64,000 nucleotides of DNA from Verrucomicrobiota bacterium (GTDB lineage: Bacteria > Verrucomicrobiota > Verrucomicrobiia > Limisphaerales > CAIMTB01), in the NCBI GenBank assembly GCA_963205105.1, contig CAUJJW010000351.1, positions 2,069 to 66,068 on the forward strand, written 5' to 3'. A program made the translations under genes and the position numbers. Below are positions 27,601-34,600 of this stretch, piece after piece (position 1 is the first letter of the stretch; every line of letters starts with the position of its first letter). Below the pieces are notes generated by a model, which saw only the letters and a program-made list of their open reading frames with translations, was not told where the DNA came from and searched no databases.

Positions 27601-30600
27601 GTTGGTGCCACGGTCAGGGGCGAGGAAGTTCACGGAGGCCATCCCGGCCGTGCCATCGGCCGTCAGCGCATACCCACGATGCAACGCCACGGCGCGCGTT
27701 TCGCCGGGCGTGTCGAAGGAGGTCAGGAAGTTGGTCGATCGATCACTCCGGATGTCGTAGGCCGAAAGGGACAGGGTGACAGTTCCGGAGAAGCTGGTCA
27801 CCGGCAGGAGCAGACCGGAGCCGTTCAGGGCGAAGTCATGGATCGCCGCCTGGGTTGTTGGCGGATCGTAGAGCAGAACTGGCGTGGCGGGATTGGAACC
27901 GTCCACCACCTGGAAGCCGGTGAAGTCACCCATGTACACGCGTCCGTTGCCGGCGGTGAGTTCCGGTCCTGGCTCCAGAGGCGCAGGAGACAGACTAGCG
28001 AGGTCGAGTTGACCGACCGGTTGCAGGTCGTCACCGACGATTCTGAAACTGTGAAGTCGTGTGCGGCTCAGGGCCCACAGCAGGTCGCCGTCGATGGCCA
28101 GCGCGGTGATCTCGGTCCCGCCGGGCACAGGCACATGCCGCACGAGCCTGCTGTTGCTGAGTTGCACCACGGCCAGGGTGCGCACATTGGAAGCTCGTCC
28201 TGGTGCGTACGCGTACCGGCCGGCCGCTGCCACAGTTTCGGGAACATCGCCGAGCGGGGTGCTGCCCGCGGGCAGGAGCACGCCATCGGCGGAGAGTCCG
28301 AAGATCGTGACGCCAGGAGGACTCGCCCCCGGAACCGCGGCCACATAGGGGCCCGCCATGGCCACGGCATTGAACGTGGCGCTGGCGGGGTCGAGTTGGC
28401 TGAGGAGCACGGGATCGAGGGGATTCGAGACGTCGAACACGGCCAGGCCGGAGGCCGAATCCGCGACCACGGCGAAATCGTTTGCGCTATCGATTTCCAC
28501 GGCCGAGCCCGGTGTGTCGCGCGAGGCCATCACGCCCAGTCCGAGCGGTTGACCGTCGGAAGGGTTCGTTCCATTGGAGATCTCCGCTCCATCCGGAACG
28601 CCGTCGTCATCCGTGTCGATGTCGTCCGCCAAGGTGCCCAGCACGCGCTCGGCCAGATCGGCAAGTCCGTCGCCATCGGCGTCCGGGATGGCTGGCGGAC
28701 GAGCGAGCGGCGCTCCCGGAATGGTCGTGATTTGCCCGGCCTGACGGGAGGTGAAGAAGGCTGCGCCCGAACGGAGGGTGGAGGCATCGAAGTAAACCAC
28801 GACATAGGACGCCTCGGGCCGAAGGATGACGCCGTCGAAGCGGCCTTGGGCGTTGAGACGTCCGCGTTGCTCGAATCCTGATTGTAGATCGGCGAGCAGA
28901 TAATGCAGCGGACGCGCCGGCATGGCGGCCTCGGTCGGGGCGCCGGCCTGAAGCTGGGCTGTGGAAGCCAGCGTGGCCATGGAAGCGGAGGCGTTTCCGG
29001 TCTGGGACAGGGACCGCGCCAACGCCACGCCACGGGTCCATCCGTCGTAAATCCGGTTCCATCCCTCGGCGGACACTTCGGTGAGAATGGCGCTGAGGGC
29101 GTTGGACTCCTGCTCGATGCCGGCGAGGTCGAGTTCGCCTTCCGCCGGTGTTTCATTGGCGGTCAGCTTCTCGATGCGCTCCAGGAGAGCCTCGACATGA
29201 TTCGGCGTGATGAGATCAGGGCGGGGCAGCGCCAGGATGGCGGCGCGTTCGGCGCTGGTGATCACGGTGCCGTCGGCGGAATTCGCCTCCACGGAGGTCC
29301 TGATGGCGCGCACAATGGCCGCCGACAGTGGCCATTCCGTCGGGTCGATCTCCGCCCACACGGCGTTGCCATAAATCAGGCCGATGAGCCGGTGCAGCCG
29401 AGTTTCCACTTCGTATTGCTGAAGAAACGGATTGCCTGCGGTGGGGAATCCTCCCACGACGATGGCTTGCAGCCGGGGACCTCCCGCGAGTCGGGAAGGC
29501 GCGGTGTCCTTGCACAACTCCCAGTTGGCGTAGGCCAGACCGACGTCGAACAGGCCTTTGACCCGCTTGATCCAGGTGATGGCCTCCCTGAACGACTTGG
29601 AGCCGGGGACAAAACTCAGTCCGCAATCGATGGCGAAGTCCGCGGTCTTCACCGCCACCGTCTGCTCACAGCCCATGGGGTCAATCGCGCAGTCGCGCAC
29701 TCCCTGGGCAAGGCTCTGGGAGCCTCCGACCAGGCAGGCGCCGAGCGGCCCCATGTCCGGTGAAGGCACGAAGCCGATGGTGGCGTCCACGCCCGCAAAG
29801 ATGGTCTTCAGTTTGTCGGTCTCGCACCGCTTGGCGTCGTCCTCGTCACAGAACCCGTTCGCATTCTCGTCCTTGCAGTCGCCTCCGTTGGGACCTCCGC
29901 CACGGGGACCTCCTCCCCCAGGTCCACCGCCGCCGCTTCCCGGTGCGGTACCATGCCAGCCGGGCTGGCGCACTCCCACGCCCGGGTCACTCACCGCGAA
30001 CAGTCCATCCGCGCTGATGGTCATGGTTCCCTGCGGTTCCCATCGGCCCGTGTCGTGATTGAAACTCCACAACACCGTCTTCTCGCCGGGGCCCAGCTTC
30101 AGTCCTGTCACCGGATCCGGCAGGTTGGGGAACTTCACTGGCACGGGGACGTCGAAATTGCTGGGGCCATCCGTCTGGATGGTGATGACCAGCGGCAGGT
30201 TCAGTCCGGCCGGCAGCGGCTCGGGAAGCCGGTCGGAGGCCACCGGCGCGATGCCCACCTGACCACCTCGCGTGCCGTTGTCCGAGAACAGCGCGTTGGG
30301 CGGAACGAGGATCTCCACGCCTGCCAGCGCGGGGTTTGTCGCCAGAACGGAGGCGGCGAAGGTGATCCGGGTCTCGCCAGAGGCGCTCACCGTGCGAAGG
30401 GCGTCCGCCTGGATCCGCGGCAGGTAAACGACGCCATCGCCGCCCGCGAGATTGTTCGTCCTGCCGGGGGCCGCCTCCCATGCTTTGCCGACGAACGGGT
30501 AGTATGCCCCGCCCGGCCATTGGCTGCCTTCCGCCGTCCTTCCATCCACCGAGACGAAAAACCGACCCGCAGGACAGGGCATGAGCCGAAAGAAGCCGTT

Positions 30601-31407
30601 CGTATCCGTCGTGGTGCGCAACGTTTCCTCCATGCCATCCACGCTGATGGTGACGTTGGTGAGTGGGCGATTGCTGCCATCGACGTTCTTCTCGGAGGCG
30701 TACACGCGGCCTTCGATGCCGGTGGTTGAGAGCGCCGTGGTCGAGAGGGTCTGGAATTGGAGGGTTGCTGCGCCGCCAGCGACCCCATCGCCATCCAGGT
30801 CGACCGGGCGGTTCGCCGCATCAAAGACGCCGAGGCCGTCGAAGGTCACCTCGATGCGGGCATCCGCCGACAGTCGTTCCAGGTAGAAGAGAGTGGCGGT
30901 GCGCCGGTCGCCGCTGAGTTCGACCCGCGACAGCATGCGCCGGCCGCCTGCGACGGCAAACAGATGGTTCGTGGTCAGGACGGTGTCCGCAGCCAGCGCC
31001 CCCGTGAGACGGAAGATCGTTTCCCGCGTCACCGCCACGCCACGCTCACCCGGGGCGGGCGAGCTTTCCGCAACGGTGAGCATCGTGCCGGATATCTCCC
31101 GCAGTCGGTAATACTGCGCCCCATTTTCCACCGTCACGCTGACGGTCCGCTGATCACCGGAGAGAACGGGTGTCAGGGGCAGTGTCTCCCAAGAAATGGG
31201 CGGAACCAGCGACGCCGTACGTTCGACGACGAAGTCACCGCCAGCACTTGGCCAGGCGAGCACTGCGGTCTGCGGGGTCGTCGCACGGATGGTCAGACTG
31301 GGGGGCGACGAAACCTGTGCACGTGTGGGAAAGAGAGCGGATGCCCCCACCACGGCCGCCACGGAAACCCAGAATGCCCGCTTCACGAATTGCCATTGCC
31401 GCATCAC
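24616..31407 (-). CDS. giant secreted multidomain surface protein (2263 aa)
   Basis: Signal peptide: MMRQWQFVKRAFWVSVAAVVGASALFPTRAQ. A CarboxypepD_reg-like segment follows (GRVYASEKNVDG...TDTNGFFRLMPCPAGRFFVSVDG), then a Gly-run and a Cys-rich module (GSGGGGPGGGGPRGGGPNGGDCKDENANGFCDEDDAKRCE). TSP3-type Ca-binding repeats are present (DADGDGLADLAE...DTDDDGVPDGAEISNGTNPSD), along with LVIVD-like propeller repeats (FAVVADSASGLAVFDVSNP). Ig-like modules and a long C-terminal parallel beta-helix / autotransporter-associated beta-strand-like repeat region complete it. The domain names are tentative. Confidence 0.85.
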   Translation of the reverse strand: MMRQWQFVKRAFWVSVAAVVGASALFPTRAQVSSPPSLTIRATTPQTAVLAWPSAGGDFVVERTASLVPPISWETLPLTPVLSGDQRTVSVTVENGAQYYRLREISGTMLTVAESSPAPGERGVAVTRETIFRLTGALAADTVLTTNHLFAVAGGRRMLSRVELSGDRRTATLFYLERLSADARIEVTFDGLGVFDAANRPVDLDGDGVAGGAATLQFQTLSTTALSTTGIEGRVYASEKNVDGSNRPLTNVTISVDGMEETLRTTTDTNGFFRLMPCPAGRFFVSVDGRTAEGSQWPGGAYYPFVGKAWEAAPGRTNNLAGGDGVVYLPRIQADALRTVSASGETRITFAASVLATNPALAGVEILVPPNALFSDNGTRGGQVGIAPVASDRLPEPLPAGLNLPLVITIQTDGPSNFDVPVPVKFPNLPDPVTGLKLGPGEKTVLWSFNHDTGRWEPQGTMTISADGLFAVSDPGVGVRQPGWHGTAPGSGGGGPGGGGPRGGGPNGGDCKDENANGFCDEDDAKRCETDKLKTIFAGVDATIGFVPSPDMGPLGACLVGGSQSLAQGVRDCAIDPMGCEQTVAVKTADFAIDCGLSFVPGSKSFREAITWIKRVKGLFDVGLAYANWELCKDTAPSRLAGGPRLQAIVVGGFPTAGNPFLQQYEVETRLHRLIGLIYGNAVWAEIDPTEWPLSAAIVRAIRTSVEANSADGTVITSAERAAILALPRPDLITPNHVEALLERIEKLTANETPAEGELDLAGIEQESNALSAILTEVSAEGWNRIYDGWTRGVALARSLSQTGNASASMATLASTAQLQAGAPTEAAMPARPLHYLLADLQSGFEQRGRLNAQGRFDGVILRPEASYVVVYFDASTLRSGAAFFTSRQAGQITTIPGAPLARPPAIPDADGDGLADLAERVLGTLADDIDTDDDGVPDGAEISNGTNPSDGQPLGLGVMASRDTPGSAVEIDSANDFAVVADSASGLAVFDVSNPLDPVLLSQLDPASATFNAVAMAGPYVAAVPGASPPGVTIFGLSADGVLLPAGSTPLGDVPETVAAAGRYAYAPGRASNVRTLAVVQLSNSRLVRHVPVPGGTEITALAIDGDLLWALSRTRLHSFRIVGDDLQPVGQLDLASLSPAPLEPGPELTAGNGRVYMGDFTGFQVVDGSNPATPVLLYDPPTTQAAIHDFALNGSGLLLPVTSFSGTVTLSLSAYDIRSDRSTNFLTSFDTPGETRAVALHRGYALTADGTAGMASVNFLAPDRGTNAPTVSLRPFTSHAAAGQEADELFFVSTTTSDDVQVRDVEFYIDGSVAGLIGKFPFASTLRAPARTGAKTSFQLRAKATDTGGNIGWSDALTITLLPDLTPPVVLSTTPAPNSTRPRGSVSRLTAAFDSEIDPASIQNAWTLQNAGPDGSPGTADDVPVTGGRMTFDQPDRTASLQFGAPLLSGRYRSRLAGSVKDLQGNPIGADVTWDFTIPTALAVASTPAHQSVWLSDSLRRVEVHFDERLSAASVTADALSVFTTNQVNPLRIPGGVAFASPDARAAVLEFAQPIPNGGYRIAITPEIRDVYGSPVATNFPMTFLVKGPALWTNDLSGVWTGRTNWSAGTLPILNDHVVIDRPNANPTISLRSAVTLTSFRSEEALTFDNFNGSLTVLDRAVFNGPLNMVVSGGDLEGRFFEFNGSASLAGRLQIGTEAVVSGPASVTAGSLSLNGGRSRFFNRLDLRQHISLGAHVLTLEPGAIATLGDSQVAFGGTSSRFIIAAGARLELTPTNTQFNAVSFVGNQVETGALVVNEGDFIKRGAATSFFTRMELLNTGRLQVEEGALNTGSGFTNTGTILVSPAGRLDVGSGFRHAFNGRITNEGYIRMPDNAVLDGTYDGTGMTEVSGAQNSAQFNAPIRSTASWLITGSATFNGATVELLGPVTLRGGRLILNSPAESRVPDLRLEVDPRFGGGNLIGGSGLLVIREPRTWTHPINFLDTVRVRLEAPTTIPTNFTVSAEAQVDLLADTLWNGGTVSGNVHIAPGVVLDLAPTTNATLRLPFPQAGILRKTGSGNLSLQRFRESSQGGGDSVTNRSLIDVQAGLLSIPSGAPFFVQEAGRLHLASGTRFVADAMRLLGGELTGSGTLSIISDSINRGCRLEATVAPGSPENPYGIFTFAFQGSPNWLPGSRSIFDIGGTVPGVSHDQIVAERTLDIDGGTLEIRTSPGFTPSVGQEFTLMTGSSRTGTFTETTGLELGNGRRYRVVYEARVVKLRVE

Positions 31408-31479
31408 CCCAGGTTTATCACCTCGATCCCCGCGACAGGCAAGGCGTCATGAATCAGGAGAATCAGGGGGGCGCTCAGC

Positions 31480-31625
31480 GTGTTGTCGGAAGACGCGGCT
31501 CTGTTTTCGACAGGATGAACACGATGAACAGGATGAAATGCCGTTACGCTTCGGTTCCTGAGCATCGTGTTCATCCTGTCCAAACCCCTCCCATGCTTGG
31601 TTCACCCATCCACAACTCGGAGATC
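31480..31625 (+). repeat. ~145-bp hairpin repeat (family H), copy 2 (best copy)
   Basis: Perfect 18-bp inverted arms, GACAGGATGAACACGATG (31509-31526) and CATCGTGTTCATCCTGTC (31563-31580), flank a 36-nt loop. It lies between the stop of the 1922-aa gene and the start of the 2263-aa gene. Confidence 0.85.
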
Positions 31626-31644
31626 GCTCGAATCAACTGCCCCC

Positions 31645-34600
31645 TCAATGCGGGGTGGCGGACATAGCGCGTACGCGCAGGAAGCCGGGGGCGGGCGGCA
31701 GCATCAACCGGGCTTTCAGGTTCATGGTCGGGGGTGTGGCTTCGATCCAATCGCCCGAGCCGAGCGACTCACGCACTTCCAGTGCGAAGGGTGGTGAACC
31801 GTGTTGCCACGCCACCTCGGTAGTGCCGTCCGGAAGGGCGGTGATGTCGGTGATGACGGGCAGACTGCCCGGCAGGGTGATGTCGCTGCCAAGGAAACCG
31901 GCGGTGTTCAGCGTGTAGAAGCCAGCGCTTCCGACGCGATTCGCGAGCTCGGGCACCGACCAGGCCTGGACCACATTGGTTCCCCGCCGGACCTCGACGT
32001 CCATTCGGTCCGCGAGCGATCGAATCACGAGATCGTAGTTTTGGCCGGCAACCCAGGGCACGGCGTTGGTCCCGTAGGTGGTGACCCGCATAGGGTCGGT
32101 TCCGGACCAGAGATCGGCTCCGCTGGGGGACACGCCTGGTGGGAGGTGGAATTCCCGGAGCCGCATGCCCCGCGGAGCGAGCCCGTACACGGGGTGGTTG
32201 GTGGGCGCGATGTTCCAATCGAACAGCACGAAATTGCCGGCGTCCTGGTAGGCCACGGCGAAGCCGATGAACCCCGAGGTCCCACTCCCGCGGATTCGGG
32301 CGCGAACCTCCGGGTGTCCGGCGGTCTCTGGAACAATGAGCAGGCCGGGATCGGACCGGTTGGTGACGGTGACGGATCGGTCGGCGAGGTTGAGCGTCCA
32401 GGTGGGAGCGGGACCGACATCGACCGGGATGGTCATGGCCTGTGCCTCGGCGAGGCCCAGACTGCCCGGCGTGAGGAGCGGACCGAGGCCCGCTCTGCCA
32501 GCGAGGTAGGTTTCCACTTCGAGACACTCCTCCGGCGACAGGCAGCGGTCGTAGACGATCCACTCCAGGATGTCCCCGCCGAGGTGGCTATTGCCGGTCA
32601 GGTAATTGCCGAGGATCACATTGGTGGCGACGGCGGAGTAGGGGCGCTGATTGGAAGTGTACGTACTGAGGAGCGTCTCGGAATTGCGGGCGAGCCGGTG
32701 GTGGGCGGGGTTCTGTTCCCCGTAGACCTGGGTGAACACCATCCAATTCGTGCCTGCGATGGTGTTGTCGGCATTCCGTTCCGCCGCCCCGTCATAATGA
32801 TAGGCACCGTCGCCGCTGCGTCGCGCGAGGGTCATCATCAGTCCGGAGAAGTTTCGGGTTCCAAAGGTGTACACGTACCGCCCGCTCCCCGTGCTGAGGA
32901 AACGGCAGACGCTGAAGATCGTGGCGTTGGTGAGCGTGCGCTGGAGATTGGCTTGGAGTTGTTCGCGAGCGGCCGTGCCGAAGTTGAGCGCGGGCTGCCC
33001 ATTGACGGCGTTGGCCATCCAGCTTGGACCCTGGGCTTCGGTCGGAGGCCGGAACACGAACTGATTCGGCGACTGATCGTGCCAGGCGGTGACGTTGGTG
33101 CCGGTCATTTCCACGCCTGCGTCGGATCGCAGCCAGACGACCAGATTGGCCGGGGTGGGCAGCGCGCCTGGGGTCGTCTGGCTATCGGCCACGCCGGAGA
33201 GGAACAGCACCGTGGTGCCCATTTCCTGCGACGCGTTCAGCGGTCGATCGAGCGTGAAGGGCTGCACGGTCACCAGGATCGCGAACTGCTCGCGCGGGCC
33301 GCCCGGGTCGATCACCACCCGGTCGCCCGCGGCGAAGAACTGGCTGCCGCCGGGCAGATCCATCTCCGCCCGCGTCAAGGCTGGCAGCACCGTCGCCCCC
33401 GCCGGCGTGTCGCTGGTCAGGTAGGTGAACGGGGCGATTCGGAAGCCCTGGCCGGAGATCCCGCCCTTGATTTCGTCGGCGGTCGCCGGTCGCCATTGGC
33501 CGCCCGACGCTCCCGGTGCGCGCACGATCGGTTCCGGTGACCACCCGGCGGTGGCCAGCGCGTTTTGATCGCCGTTGAGGGATTGGTCGATGGGATCTTC
33601 CGCCATCAACCCGACGAGACCGGAACGGGAGGTGCCGCGCGTGCCGAACGAGGCCAGGTTGGGTGATCCCTGGGAAGCAGCGTTTTCTTCGTAAACCTCG
33701 GGATTTCCGTCAGGCCCCATGCGCACCGGTGGGCCGACCTGGCGGTCCACGGTGGCGGTGAGTTCGTCCACCATGCGGGCGAGCGCCGAGGCGCTCACGA
33801 GTGGGATGAGCTGGTTGTGGATGAGGCCGGGAAGTTCCTCGGACGCGGCCCGGATGGCGCTTTCCCGTTCGAACAGGGTTCCTGCGAAGAAGGCGAACTC
33901 GTCATCGCCCACCTTGAGGGCATTGTTGGCACCGCCCTCAATGAGGGAGAGGTTGTCGACGAACTGGGTGGTCAGCACCTGGTCATGCGGCGTGACGGCC
34001 AGCATGCGTTCACCATCGCCACCGCGGGAGGTGGGTGAGCAGCAACGCAGGAATTTGGTCCGGAGATCCTTCATAAAGAAGGAGAAGGATTCGCCGTGTT
34101 GGGCGCCCATCGCGCGGAGCTTTTTGTAGAGGCGGATACGCTGGAGCAAGGATGGCAGTTTACCGTCCAGCGTGAGAATCGCGATGAGGTCGATGTCCCC
34201 GGTGATCGGCTTGAACCGTTTGCTGCCGGGACCGTCCTCCATGAGCAGGCGGTAGGCCCGGCGTTTACCGCCTGTGTAGGGATCCGCGAACTCGTGGTAC
34301 TCGAGCTGCGCCGCCCGCTTCGGTTGGCCGTTGCGTACGTCGGCCAGACCGAGCTTCAGCTTCTGCTTGTCGATCCTGAAATCGATGTCGATTCCCTCGG
34401 CCTTGAACTTCTTGAAGTTGCCGATTTGTTTGGGCCATTCCGCGAGTTGAAACTTGAGCCGCTCCTCCACCTGTGCCCGGAGGTGGCGCGAGGCGTCATC
34501 GCTGCCCTTCAGGTCCGGGAAGCGGTCCAGGAACGCGTTGACGGCTCCCTGGTACCCGGGGTTACGCGGGTCCATCCAGGGGATAGGCGGCGACACCAGC

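Noticed and set aside
27499-28881. 460-aa plus-strand ORF inside the 2263-aa gene (similar cases: 31801..33540, 35185..36957, 38865..40223)
   Set aside because: All are antisense shadow ORFs of the giant minus-strand genes. They have biased G/R/A/E composition, no signal peptides or motifs, and would leave the long motif-bearing minus frames unexplained.
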